From positions 116,128,001-116,192,000 of the forward strand of contig CM059432.1 of NCBI GenBank assembly GCA_030390025.1: a stretch of DNA of 64,000 nucleotides, given 5' to 3'. Each line of letters starts with the position of its first letter. Position 1 is the stretch's first letter. A model generated the notes under the pieces. The model was not told where the DNA came from and did not search any database. It was given only the letters and a program-made list of their open reading frames with translations. This stretch comes from Squalus acanthias. Its lineage: Eukaryota. The position numbers and the translations under genes were made by a program. Below, piece after piece: positions 49,946 through 63,370 of this stretch.

Positions 49946-51918
49946 ACAAAAAGAAAATACTGCAGATGCTGAAAATCTGAAATAAAAACAGAAAATGCTG
50001 GAGATACTCAGCAGGTCAGGCAGCATCTGTGAAGAGAGAAACAGAGTTAACGTTTCAGGTCGATGACCTTTTGTCAGAACTGGAGAAAAGCAGGAAATGG
50101 AACAGATTTTTAAGCAAGTGTAGGGGCTGGGAAATGGGGGAGGGGATGAAAGGACAAAAGGGAAGGTCTGTGATAGGATAGAAGGCAGGAGAAGTTAAGA
50201 GACATTAAGAGATATTGAAGGCAAAAGGAGGTGGTAATGGGACAGGTTAAGAAACAAAGGATGGCTCTAGATGAAGTGTGAATTGCGCTGGCAGAATGAA
50301 AGACAGCTGCCATGTGGGAGAGAAGAACAGAAGACACAAACAAAAAGTGTGGATAAAAAATATATATATGATAGGGGCCAGGTTATGATCTGAAATTGTT
50401 GAACTCTATGTTGAGTCCAGAAGGCTGTAAAGTGCCTAATCGAAAAATGAGGTGCTGTTCCTCGAGCTTACGCTGAACTTCCATGGAACAATGCAAGAGG
50501 CCGAGGATAGTGTGGTCTGAGTGGGAGTGGAGCAGAGAATTAAAGTCACGGACGGAACGGAGGTGTTCCGCAAAGCGCTCACCCAATCTGTGTTTGGTCT
50601 CCCCAATGTAGAGGAGACCACATCGTGAGCAGCAAATACAGTATACTAAATTTCAAGAAGTACAAGTAAACTGCTGTTTCACCTGGAAGGGGTGTTTGGG
50701 GCCCTGGACAGTGGGAAGGGGGGAGGTATAAGGGCATGTGTTGCATCTCCTGTGCGTGCACGGGAAGGTGCCGGGCGAAGGGGAAGGGGTGTTGAGGGTG
50801 ATAGAGGAGTGGACTAGGGTGTCGCGGAGGGAGCAGTCCCTACGGAATGCTGAAAGGGGAGGTGAGGGGAAGATGCGTTTGGTGGTGGGATCACGCTGGA
50901 GGACGATCCGTTGAATGTGAAGGTTGGTGGGGTGAAAGGTGAGGACAAGGGGAACTCTTATCGTGGTTCTGGGAGGGAGGGGCAGTGGTGAGGGCAGAAG
51001 TGCGGGAGATAGAACGGACACAGTCGAGGGACATGTCAACCACTGTAGAGGGGAATCCTCGGTTGAGGAAAAAGGAAGACATGTCGGAAGCACTGGTATG
51101 GAAGGTGGCATCGTCCGAGCAGATGCGGCGGAGACGGAGAAACTGGGAGAATGGAATAGAGTCCTTACAGGAGGCGGGGTGGGAGGAAGTGTAGTCCAGG
51201 TAGCTGTGGGAGTCAGTGGGCTTGTAGTGAATGTTAGTCAATAACCTATCCTCAGAGATGGAGACGGAGAAGTCGAGGAAGGGAAGGGAAGAGTCGGAGA
51301 TGGACCATGTGAAGGTGAGGGAAGGGTGGAAATTGGAAGCAAAGTGAATGAAATTATCTAGTTCAGGGCAAGAGCAGGAAATGGCACCGATACAGTCATC
51401 AATGTACTGGAAAAAGAGGTGAGGGAGGGGACCCGAGTAGGACTGGAACAAAGAATGTTCCACATTTCCCACGAAAAGGCAGGCATAGCTAGAACCCATG
51501 CGGGTACCCTTAGCAACAACTTTGATTTGGAGGAAATGAGTGGGGTCAAAGGAGAAGTTGTTCAATGTGAGAACAAGTTCAACCAGGCGGAGGAGGGTGG
51601 TGGTGAATGGGGACTGGTTGGGCCTCGTTCAAGGAAGAAGCGGAGCGTCCTCAGGCCATCCTGGTGGGGGATGGAGGTGTAGAGGGATTGTACGTCCATA
51701 GTGAAAAGGAGGCGGTTGGGGCCAGGAAGCTGGAAACTGTTAAAGTAGCGGAGGGCGTCAGAAGAGTCGCGGATGTAGGTGGGAAGAGACTGGACAAGGG
51801 GAGAAAAAATAGAGTCGAGATAGGAAGAGATAAGTTCCGTGGGGCAAGAACAGGCTGAAACGATGGGTCTACCAGGGCAGTCTTGTTTGTGGATCTTGGG
51901 AAGGAGGTAGAAGTGGTA
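49946..51918 (-). mobile_element. Penelope-like retroelement (RT, Cys motif, GIY-YIG endonuclease), 5'-truncated and frameshifted
   Basis: FYLLPKIHK, PGRPIVS, TMDVQSLYTSIPH, YIDD, PFSQFLRLRRICS, CTHRRCNTC and LYIGETK..GERFAEH motifs. Confidence 0.92.
50045..50081 (-). ncRNA. Degenerate minimal hammerhead ribozyme in the Penelope-like element's tail
   Basis: AGTT CTGACAA A AGGTC-ATC-GACCT GAAA CG TT AACT. The core differs from CUGANGA at one conserved G. Confidence 0.6.
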
Positions 51919-54160
51919 GAACCTTCGCTGCACTCCCTCTATGGCAAGTATATCCTCTCTTGGGTAAAGAGACCAAAACTGCACACAGTACTCCAGGTGT
52001 GGTCTCACCGAGGCCCTGTATAACTGTAGTAAGACATCCTTGCTCCTGTATTCAAATCCTTTTGCAATGAAGGTCAACATACCATTTGCCTTCCTAACTG
52101 CTTGCTGCACCTGCATGTTTGCTTTCAGTGACTGGTGTACAAGGACACCCAGATCCCTTTGTACTTCAACATTTCCCAATCTATCACCATTTAAATAATA
52201 CTCTACCTTTCTGTTTTTCCTACTGAAGTGGATAACTTCATATTTATCCACGTTATACTGCATCTGCCATGTATTTGGCCTCTCATTCAACTTGTCTAAA
52301 TCGACTTGAAGCCTCTTTGCATCCTTCTCACAACTCACAATCTTACCTAGTTTTGTGTCATCAGCAAACTTGGAAATATTACATTTGGTTCCCTCAACCA
52401 AATCATTGATATATATTGTGAATAGCTGGGCCCCAAGCACTGATCCCTGCGGTACCCCACTAGTCACCGCCTGCCAACCCGAAAAAGACCCATTTATTCC
52501 TACTCTCTGTTTCCTGTCTGTTAACCAATTTTCAATCCAAGCCAGTATATTACCCCCAATCCCAAGTGCTTTAATTTTGCACACTAACCTCTTATGTGGG
52601 ATTTTATCAAAGGCCTTCTGAAAATCCAAATACACCACATCCACTAGTTCTCCCTTATCTAGTCTACCAGTTACATCCTCAAAAAACTCCAGTAGGTTTG
52701 TCAAATATAATTTCCCTTTCACAAATCTATGTTGACTTTGTCTAATCCCATTGATATTTTGTATGTGTCCTGTTATCACATCCTTTATAATAGACTCTAG
52801 CATTTTCCCTACTACTCATGTTAAGCTAACCGGTCTGTAGTTCCCTGTTTTCTTTCTCCCTCATTTTTAAATTGTGGGGTCACATTTGCCACCCTCCAAT
52901 CTGCAGGAACTGTTCCATAATCTATAGAATTTTGGAAGTTGACAACCAACGCATCCACTATTTCTTTTAGTACTCTGGGATGCAGATTATCAGGCCCTGG
53001 GGCTTTATCGGCTTTCAGTACCTATTAATTTCTCCAGCACTATTTTTTTACTAATACTAATTTCCTTTAATCCTCCTCCTCACTGGACCCTTGGTTCCCT
53101 AGCATTTCTGGGAAGTTATTTGTGTCCTCTTCCATGAAGACAGAACCAAAGTATTTGTTTAATTGCTCTACCATTTCCTTGTTCCCCATTATAAATTCTC
53201 CTGTTTCTGACTGTAAGGGAACTACATTTGTCTTCACTAATCTTTTCCTTTTTACATACTTATAGAAGCTTTTACAGTCTGCTTTTATGTTCCTTGCAAG
53301 TTTACTCTCATACTCTATTTTTCCCCTCTTAATCAATCTCTTGGTCCTTTTTTGCTGAACTCTAAACTGCTCCCAGTCCTCAGGCTTGCTACTTTTTCTG
53401 GCAACTTTATATGACTCCTCTTTGGATCTAATACTATCCTTAATTTCTTTTTTGTTAGCCATGGTTGGGCCGCTTTTCCTTTTGTGTTTTTGCGCCAGAA
53501 AGGAATGTATAACTGTTGCAATTCATGCATTCGTTCCTTAAATGATAGCCATTGCCTATCCACCATCATGCCTTTTAATGAAGCTCCCCAATCTATCATA
53601 GCCAACTCACTCCTCATACCTTCGTAGTTTCCTTTGTTTAGATTTCGGACCCTAGTTTCGGATTGGACTTCTTCACTTTCCATCTTAATGAAGAATTCTA
53701 TCATGTTATGGTCATTCTTCCCTCAAGGACCCCGCACAACAAGATTATTAATTAACCCCTTCTCATTGCACAATACTCAATCCAGGATAGCCTGGTTGGC
53801 TCCTCAACGTACTGGTCTAAAAAACCATCTCATACACACTCCAGGAATTCATCCCCCACAGTATTATTGCTAATTTGGTTTGGCCAGTCTATATGTAGAT
53901 TAAAGTCACCCATGATTACTGTAGTACCCTTGTTACATGCATCTCTAATTTCCTGTTTGATGCCGTCCCCTACATTACCACTACTGTTTGGAGGCCTATT
54001 GACAACTCCCACCACTGTTTTCTGCCCCTTGCTGTTTCTTAGCTCCACCCAGACTGATTCTGCATCTTTATTTTCTGAGTCAATATCCTTTCTCACTGTT
54101 GCTCTGATTTCTTCCTTTACTAACAACGCCTCCCCACCTCCTTTTCCTTTTTGTCTGTAC

Positions 54161-55875
54161 TGGACAGGTGGGAATTTGCAAGTGACTTGGGGAGAGTTTT
54201 TTCCTGGGGCGGAAGCAGAAGTGTTGGAAAGGGAAAGGGGGATGTGACTGGTGAGGGACAAAGGCAAAGACTCCACTTGTGTAGTTAAGCAACCATGGTC
54301 ATCAACTAAGGTAAGAGACAGTATCAAGCTAAAATAAAATGCAAGGAAAATTATAAATCCAATGGACTGGGAGAGCTATAAAAAGCAAGAAAGGGATACA
54401 AGTAAAGTAATAAGAGATTCAAAAAGGAAACATGAAAAAAAACTTGTAAGGGATATCAAAGCTAACAGTAAAAAAAAATATATAAATATTTAAAAGCGGT
54501 AAAGATGAATGTGGGCCCATTAAATACAGATTCAAACAGGACAATAATGGACAACAAGGAAATGACAGACAGTTAAATTAATTCTTTTGTATCTATTTTC
54601 ACAGTGGATGAACAGGACAAAGTACTAGCAGTACAGTGGAACCTAAAGGGGGAACTTAGTGGATATAAGTTTAAAAAATGATATTGCAGTAAATACTGAG
54701 TCTTAAGATAGACAAATCTCCAGAACTTGATGGTTCGTTCCACCACCACCCTCCCCCCACCACCACCATCCACCCCTCCTCCCACCACCGCCACCATCCA
54801 CCCCTCCTCCCAGTGTATTTTTTAAAAAGTAAGGAAATTGCAGATGCATTAATCATAATTTTCTAAAGCTCTCTAGATTGAGGAATTGTGCCTTTGGATT
54901 GGAAAATTGCAAATGTCAGTCCATTATTTACAAAGGGAGGGAGGGAGAAACCAGGTAACCACAGGTACCTGCCAGTTTAACATGAGTTGTGGGAAAGTTA
55001 CTTGGACCTATCATCAGAAACAGAGTCACTGAGCAAGTATGAGTTGATCAAAGAAAGCCAGCATGGATTTGTGAGTGGCAGGTCATGTCAGAATAACTTG
55101 ATTGAATTTTTTGAGGAAGTCACTTGCATGGTGGATAGGGGAGTGTCTATGGATGCTGTCTATATGGAGTTTCAGAAGGCATTTGATAACTTTCTTGCGA
55201 AGAGATTATTATCAAAATTGAAAGCACGTGAAATTGGAGGCAACCTTGTGGCGTGGGTTGGTAATTGGTTGGGAGTTAGGAGACAGAGAGTAGGGGTAAA
55301 GAAAACATTCTCTGATTCTCGAGTGAAAGGTAGCGTTCTTCAGGGCTCTGTACCGGGGCCTCAGCTTTTCACCATATATATATATCAATGACTTAGATGA
55401 AGGAATAGAGAGTTGTATATCAAAGTTGGCAGATGACATTAAGTTAGGAGGCACAGTAAATTGTGTAGATGGGCGCAGGAAAGGGACATAGGCAGATTAA
55501 GTGAGCGGGTAAAACTGTAGCAGATGCAGTTCAATTTAGGGGGGGTCATGCACTTTGAATCTGAAAAAGACCAATTGGAAAATGTTTGTAATGGTGAGAG
55601 ACTTGGAGCTGTGGAGGAGCAGAGGGATTTAGGTGTCCATGTACGTAAGTCACTAGTTCACAGGTACAAAAGTAATTTAAAAAGTCTAATGCAATGTTAT
55701 CTTTTATTTCAAGGGGATTGAAATACAAAAAGTGAGGAAGTGATGCTTCAGTTGTACAGCTGGATCAGACCCCATCTGGAGTACTGCGTGCAGTTTCAGG
55801 CAGTGAACTTAGGAAAGATATATTGACCTTGGCGGGGTACAGCACAGATTCACCAGAATGATACCAGGGCGTATA
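54161..55875 (+). mobile_element. Old CR1 LINE fragment
   Basis: SQHGFVSGRSC, FQKAFD and LADDIKLGG motifs, with many lesions. Confidence 0.85.
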
Positions 55876-55877
55876 GG

Positions 55878-56220
55878 ATCATAGAATCGAACAGCACAGA
55901 AGGAGGCCATTCAGCCCATCGAGTCTGCGCCGGCTCTTTCGAAGAGCAATCCAGTTAGTCCCACTCCCCCGCTCTTTTCCCATAGCCCTGCAATTTTTTC
56001 TCCTTCAAATATTTATCCAATTCCCTTTTGAAGGCTACCATTGAATCTGTATCCACCACCCAATCAGGCAGCGCATTCCAAGTCCTAACCCACTCGTTGC
56101 ATAAAAAAGTTTTTCCTCAGGTCGCCTCTGGTTCTTTTGCCAATCACCTTAAATCTGTGCCCTCTCGCTATCGACCCTTCAGCCATTGGAAACAGTTTCT
56201 CTTTAATTACTCTATCTAAA
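55878..56220 (-). mobile_element. CR1 LINE 3' end
   Basis: RGHRFKVIGKRTRGDLRKNFF plus the 3' tail. Confidence 0.85.
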
Positions 56221-56951
56221 TACCCAATCGGAGTGAATCGCAAGCAGAGTGAAGCTGGGAATTTGGTGATAGTAGGAATTCGGTGGAGAGGAGGAAGGCG
56301 GTTTCCCATGTCCAACTCAAAAGAAGGAGTGGAGCCACAGAACCCGAGGATTCTAAGTTAAGTATCTAATATTTAGGTTCTTTGTATTTAGTATCTCAGT
56401 GGCTTAAGGGTTAAATTACAAGGACAGGTCGCATAAACTAGGGCTCGATTTTAACTCGGGACGGGATTGGTGCCTGCGGGAGGCCTGCGCGAGTGACAAA
56501 TTCGCATGTCGAGGCCTGAAGAGATTTTAAATCTCGGGCCTCATTTTCATATTTATGCTCCGAGCCCTGCCCAAACCCGGCAGTCAAGTAAATGGTGGTC
56601 TGGGTGTTCCAGAGGGGATTGCGATCGGGGGAGGGGTGGAAACCTGGAGCAAGGGAGGTTTTCTTGTGGGGCCGAAGAGGAGCATGACACAAGACACAAG
56701 TCTTCCCTTCCCTTCCCACATACAGCCTTTGCAAAGGCTGCTAACTGTTTTAAATGTATTTTAAGCATTTATAAAAGCTAATAAAATTTAGCTCTCGTAT
56801 GTGACTACTTACCTTTTAGTGGCTACATCCCTTTAACTTCCCAGCAGCTCTCTAAGGATCGGCCCATTAGCAAGTTTCCCACACAAGGCATGATGCTCGT
56901 AGGGAGCTCTGACATTTTCATTACGTGGGCTGATCTCACAATATTCAACAA

Positions 56952-57167
56952 AAGTGAGAAGTCGCACAACACCAGGTTATAGTCCAACAGCTTTATTTGA
57001 AATCACAAGCTTTCGGAGCGCTGCTCCTTCATCAGGTGAAGTCTTCACCTGACGAAGGAGCAGCGCTCCGAAAGCTTGTGATTTCAAATAAAGCTGTTGG
57101 ACTATAACCTGGTGTTGTGCGACTTCTCACTTTCGTCCACCCCAGTCCAACACCGGCATCTCCACAT
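56952..57167. mobile_element. Palindromic mini-element, probably Penelope-derived, with a 13-bp TSD
   Basis: 91-bp inverted arms (56951-57041 / 57043-57133) with one mismatch. CAATATTCAACAA at 56939-56951 and 57168-57180. Confidence 0.85.
57045..57081 (+). ncRNA. Minimal type I hammerhead ribozyme (mirror copy on - at 57003-57039)
   Basis: TCAC CTGACGA A GGAGC-AGC-GCTCC GAAA GC TT GTGA gives helix I, an intact core, helix II and a rudimentary palindromic helix III. Confidence 0.75.
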
Positions 57168-59171
57168 CAATATTCAACAAGGCTATCCTTTTAAGATCAA
57201 TGCACTCACAGCACGCAAAGTGGTCCAATCCCACCAACTTTGTGCCGGGGCAGGAATAACTGCCCTATCATCTATTACTAACGACGGTCTTCAAGCAAAT
57301 GCAGTTTTCTGTAGATTTGCTTCTGAATCTGCTTCCCTTAATCTGGACCATTCTGGAATAACAAGCCGATGCATCAGAAGTTAAACTTTTTTCAATGATA
57401 TACAGGTAAACTTACACAGGAGGGCATTTACAAGTCCCACTGCGTAACATGGATAGACAAAACATGATTCATTCAATATTTTCTGTCATGGAAAATTAAA
57501 ATGTTCAGAGCCGCTGTGTTCTGACTTGTGCTTCTGAATGAGGCCTCAGCCTCAGCTGCAGCCCCCCATGGCCAATACTTCATTTTCTGGCACTGAGCTG
57601 AGAGGTGAACAGTAAGGTGGATTAACTAATTTCTTTGCAGCGTTACAGATGTTCCTGGATTTGCTAGAAATTACTTCATGCAATTCCTGGCATTCCGAAG
57701 CTTGGTGTGTGTATGATCCCTGGCGGCGCTGCCTCTTCAGTCCCTGGCTGATTTAGTGTGGGTTCTCTCGGCCGTCCGCTGTTTTTGTTTTGGTGGGGGT
57801 GGGTTTTCTGCGGCTCTTACAACAAAGTTACGGCATTGACCCCTTGCTGAAATTCAGCCCTGCCGTTTTCCCAAAATAAATCCAGATTTTTAGCCCTCTG
57901 AGCCCAAAGTCTAAATCTAGCCACAATCAGTTCCTCATACCGTAAAATATACTCGGAACCTGAACCTTCTCCTCCCTTCTTTAACCCTTTCAGACTCAAT
58001 ATACCACAACTTGGACATCAATGTTAATAAGCTGAACATACTGGGACTGATACAACTGCCATGTTCTACTCTACTTTGGATTTGCGTTTAGAACATTTGT
58101 TTAGATTAGAAAAGATTAAACTCTACAAAAAAAGAGGCCCCTTTATGGAATTAAAAGACAAAATTGTCAGGCTCTGCCTCACTAGGCTAATTATTGCTGG
58201 GCTCAGGCCAATGTCATCCAAAACCAATTGCTGATTATCCACCCCTCAGGCTGAAGTTAAAATCACTGTCATGGCGTGGTGTTGTCATCGGACCCCGATC
58301 AGCACGTGTGGATTAAGACCCTGCTGGCTTTGGGAGGGCCACTTAGCCTGAAGTGTCTGTTAAAATCGGAAACAGCGGGATCTGGGCAGCTTTCTGCTGC
58401 GTAAGTAACCCCGAGCATTTTAACTTTCCACCCGCCCAGTTTCTGGTAGGGTTAAAAATCCCCCCCAAAATGTCTGCCAGAGGCCATTCCATGGAGACTG
58501 TGCCTGCTTAAACCATTATTCAAATGTACAACACAGAAATAAAAGGATAACAATGCTAAACAGTGTCTGGCAGAATTATCTCTCTCACATCACAAGATCA
58601 CAAGAAAGTTTTAGATTCAGCTCATTTGATCTCAATTTCTCAGAACCCCACCATCTTCCCATTTCAGGATTGAGCTTATTTGTAAACAAGTCCAGTGTCC
58701 TGACCGATTTTAACTTCCGGCGGAGAATGGGTGGGCGGCGGATGGATTGTGCCCACCGCCTGCCTGTTCTTGCCGACATTAGGCGCAGACCAGCTGCGGG
58801 CAACAGACGGGCACCCTCCTGGCTCGGGGAGGGTGGTAAATTGTCCAGATCCCATGCTGAGCCGGTTGATAGTCAAGGCCTGGGTGAGGCGGGGGGAGGC
58901 AATCCCCGGGTGGGGACTTGGACAGTCCGGCAGCAGCCCGGATTTTTTTTTGTGGGACTAGGAGGAGCACCACTGCTCCTCATGACCCCACCAAAAAAAA
59001 AAATCAAGCGTTTCCTCGGTCGTTTTGTGAGCAGTCTCCAGCGATCCCTTTAAAACTACTGGTTAGGCTGCTCACTGCCCGTTGCAATTGGGCGTACTCC
59101 ACCCCTTTGTACCATTGTATGGCTTAGGACTCCGATATGCATATTACAAGTAATCTCCCACCTGAAACAGG

Positions 59172-59508
59172 CCGCCGTGCCATCTTTCGGATGAGACGTT
59201 AAACCGAGGCCCCGTCTGTTCTCTAAGGTGGATGTAAAAGATTCCGTGGCACTATTTCGAAGAGCAGGGGAATTCTCCCTGGTGTTCTGGCCAATATTTA
59301 TCCCTCACTCAACATCACTAAAAAACAGATTATCCGGTCATTATCACATTGCAGTTTGTCGGAGCTTGCTGTGCGCAAATTGGCTGCCGTGTTTCCTACA
59401 TTGCAACAGTGACTCCACTTCAAAAAGTTCTTCATTGGCTGTAAAGCGCTTTGGGACATCTGGTGGTTGTGAAAGGCGCTGTAGAAATGCAAGTCTTTCT
59501 TTTCTTTT
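59172..59508 (+). mobile_element. 5'-truncated Deu-domain SINE
   Basis: Collinear with 42140-42450, with a (TCTT)n tail. Confidence 0.85.
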
Positions 59509-60908
59509 ATGTCAGGATCCTACCCAAGATGGTGGCAGCCGGAGAGGCAGCATTAATGGGTCGGTAAGTGACCCGGCTCCATTTCCAGGCCAGTACCGTC
59601 CTGTTTAATGCCAGGTGGTCCTGAAATTGGTCCTGCTGTTTTGACAAAACTATATTATCTGAAAGAAAAAACCCGCCAGGTCAGCATTGTATCGGAATGC
59701 CTGCTCTAGTCAGCAGCATGCTTGAAATTCTGCCTGGGATTAAATAAGGAAGTCAAATAGGAATGGTTTGGCTCATCTTTAACTGAATTTTCCTTGATGT
59801 AGTATCTCCTGACAGTCTTGAGTGTTACTTGTAAGTCTTTGTTTGCCAAGAGCTTTTGAAGTCTGCTCTCTCCATATCATTTTCTAATTTTGACCGACCA
59901 GCACCTATTTAAATGGTGCTGAACTTTTCAGTCATCTCACTTCCAAATGAAACTCGATCTTTTCAGCTGCGGGTTCAGTTCCGTCTCACATATTTGTGGA
60001 GAGGATACAGCTGACGAGAGCAACAGTCTTGAGTGTGAAGGTCTGCAGTCTATTATTGTATAAACAGGGCCAAGTGTGAGAAACAGAGCCTCAACAACTC
60101 TGAATTCAGTGCACGTACACAGTGCTAAAGAGTGAATGGAGACTAACTGGTAGCCCATGTGCAGAACTCCATGGGAATTCCTTTAGAAAATAACGCATTA
60201 CTGTTTGCATGTGTACAAACTAAAGAGTGAGGATGGGAGAAAGAATAACTAATTGTTGGACATTTACTTTCGCAAGGCAGTCTCGTGCAACAGGTATTAT
60301 TCTGAACATTCTTTTCCTGCCATCCTCCTATGGCCAAACTCGGAGCATTTCATGGTGAAAGAATGAAGCTCAATAATGCTTAATCATTTCAAGACATCAT
60401 TTTCTCACAGGAAACAATTGAGAACATTTGTTTTCATAAATATTAAATGCCAAACCTTTATCACTTCATGGGCATTCATTTTTTGATTTAAATAGAAGTC
60501 GATCAACATTCCACTAGTGATGGTATCTGTAAAGCTGGGCGGCAAGCTTCAAATCAGATACACATTGAATAACATGAAACATTCGTGGGCACACTTTTCC
60601 CCTTTGCTGTAGGTGTGCGTAAAGTTCATTCGAGGGTCGTGTTCAAATGCTTACCCTTGTATGTAAGCCCCCAATTGGCCAGAATGATAGATGACTACAA
60701 ATCAGCCCATTCAGTGACAGCGGGCTTTCATTTTCTGTTGCTCACTGTCAGCTCTAGAATCAGGAAAGGCCTGTAGGTATATTTTTTTATGGCTCAATAA
60801 GAACCATAGGTGCTTGGGCGAGGGAAACTATAGCAGATTTTTCAGTTGGCGCAAAATGTAGAAGCACTCTCCCATCAGTCATGTGATGTGGCTCCACTTA
60901 AAAATGGC

Positions 60909-61650
60909 GGCCCAAAAATTGCGATCGGTGGCGTACCTCCGGAGTACGCTGTCGACCCGTGAAAGGAATATGCACCTACCTGATGGCGGCCCTCCTGCGT
61001 AAACCTGCGGTCTGACGCTGCGAGGCGGAGGGGGGCAGCGTAATGGCCCACGTGATCCCAGGGACGCAGCCTATGAGGAAGCGTACCTGGGATCACGTGG
61101 GCCTGGTCCTCCAATCAGGAAACAGAATTAGATTTTACATCATTGTAGAAGGGAATCCTGTAATCAGATTTAATTACAATTTACAGGATTGGAATTTAAT
61201 TCCTAATTAGCTTCATTCCACCAACTTCACTACATCTTAGTTCTGTTAGTAAGAATGTAATTTTGCTGATAATACTTATTGACATCATTAAAACTCCAAT
61301 CTTTGCAGAAACAAGAAAAACTCATTTGATACAATTAATCTATCCGATTTCTGAGATTAAAATGGTTAAAACATGCATGTGGTGTCCCCTTACGCTGATG
61401 CAAACAGGCCCTTTACCTGTTTGCATCAATCATAAAATTTACCTACGCAGTTGCTGGGCAGTTGCTGGGCAAATAGCCCAACTCTGCACCAGTAATTGGT
61501 TTGTCTTTGGCAGTGCGGATGATCTGTCAACGCGTACAGATCGCAAGTTTGGGATTTAGCGCATGTGCGAAAATCCCAAACTTGCAGTGGATTTCAAACG
61601 TGATATCGGCGTACTCAGAGTACGCTGTCATACCCACCACAAAATCAGGA
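60909..61650. mobile_element. Harbinger-type MITE related to the end at 6283
   Basis: GGCCCAAAAATTGCG start, collinear with 6283-6600. Hairpin at 61543-61585. Confidence 0.65.
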
Positions 61651-63074
61651 CGATATGTTATTTAACCAAAATAGGGAGTTAATCCTGCTCTCAAACTGTA
61701 GAGGTGCACCCAAAGTGTGAGGTTCACTCTCATAACCTTGCGGTGGCCAAGAAAATGGCAGGAAGGTAAGTTGAACCTGAATGCCGTGAGGCCAGGCAGC
61801 TCTCAACAAGGGGGCAAGAAAGTCAAATGAGGAGTCTTCACTGAGCCACTCTTGTGTGTTTTTTAATGAACTGCTGTGGGAAGCATGGGGAAGAAATATA
61901 TGAGCAGCTTTCCCCCTTTGTCTTTCCAGGCACAGGCTGATCAAAGGAAGGAAAAGGATAAAATCTGGGGGAATAGAGAGTTAAATACCTTCAAAAAGGT
62001 AATGAATAACACATAGGCCTGGATCTTCTGCTTAGCCATCACTCTGTTGGAAGTGAGACGTGCCAGAAGAATGCGCCTTACATCCTGGACGATTTTCTGG
62101 CCCGAGGGTCATTTACATAATTTGGCGGGGCTACCTGGCGTGCACCAGGGAGTCCACCTGAATTGGGGGTGGTGTGGGAGCGGAGTTTGGCAGCATAGCC
62201 CCCAGTTTAAATGAAATAGATATTAACATTTTTGAAAGTGATGCCTCGTGCTCGGGGGGGCCCCTTCACTGCCTACAGCACTGCTGTACGTCAGGGATGA
62301 ACAGATATCCCTTGTACACATATGGATGGATATATTCTATACCATACCTCACTTCTGCTGGGACATGGTGGGGACAAGCAGGGAGTCAGCAGATCGGATC
62401 TGGCTGCATTTTCCACTGCATTCGGCTGGAGTCCTGTCGGGTATAATTCTTGGAGCAGATGGGATTGTTTCTGGCTGACATTGGATGGTAGAGCAGTGAT
62501 TGATGGTCAGTGCTCTCTATGATATTGAAGTCCGAGGGGAAATATTGTGAGACTCCTCTGTTAGTGTGAAGCCTGACTGATGGTGGGTGTAGGATGTAAA
62601 ATACATTTTGCGACCCCAAGCAACTCAATGCCTGCCGTTATTTGTGACGTGTGATTTTTGAGAGGCATGATGAGGCCACATTACAGTTACAAGTAAGCTT
62701 CATTTAAATCATATAATTACTAAAATTAGACCGCACATTGAATTTCATAACTTGCATTGAGGCTCCCCGACAGAGTGCACTTCACTATATAAAATAAGCA
62801 GAATCCCGGGACCTGGCCTGCTCAAGTAAGCTCCTTCAAAAGATTTTTGCTTGAGTTTGCATTTACAGTAACACGTTGTTGCACATTGCTCCACGTGTTA
62901 GTTGGCTTTGCTACATAGTCTGTATTTTTTTCAATTCCCCCCTATGCTTTCCTTTACTTTTCCCGGTTGCTGCTGCCATTGCAATATCACCATACAAAGT
63001 GTTGAGGATAAGAACTCACTTAAAGGTTCCATACTGCTGCATGATTTAGATGAGAAAAAATACCCCTGAATTCT

Positions 63075-63370
63075 GTTTCTCTGACTCTGGCCTCGTGTGC
63101 ATCCCCCACTTCTTTCGCCCCACTATTGGCAGCTGCCAAGGCCATACGCTCTGGAATTCCCTCCCTAGACCTCCCCTCCTCTCTACATCTCTCCTTCCTT
63201 TAAGACCCTCCTTGAAACACACACCTCTTTAACCAAACTTTTGGTCACCTCTCCTAACATCTCCTACTTTGGCTTGGCATGCATTTTTGTGTAATTATGC
63301 TTTTGTGAAGTGTCTTGGGATGTTTATCGCTGTTAAAGTCGCTGCATAAATGCAAATTGTTGTTGTTGTT
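63075..63370 (+). mobile_element. L2 LINE 3' end
   Basis: CTCTGGAATTCCCTCCC..ATAAATGCAAA followed by a (TGT)n tail. Confidence 0.75.

Larger units (their letters stand above)
49460..54160 (-). mobile_element. CR1 LINE, most of ORF2, split by a Penelope-like element
   Basis: EN motifs at 53830-54130 and RT at 51920-52803. GTCTGGTGAA|CCTTCGCTGC rejoins across the insert. Confidence 0.93.

Noticed and set aside
56951..57133. Hairpin as a miRNA gene or assembly fold-back
   Set aside because: The hammerhead core, the 13-bp TSD and the unpaired tail fit a retroelement insertion better.
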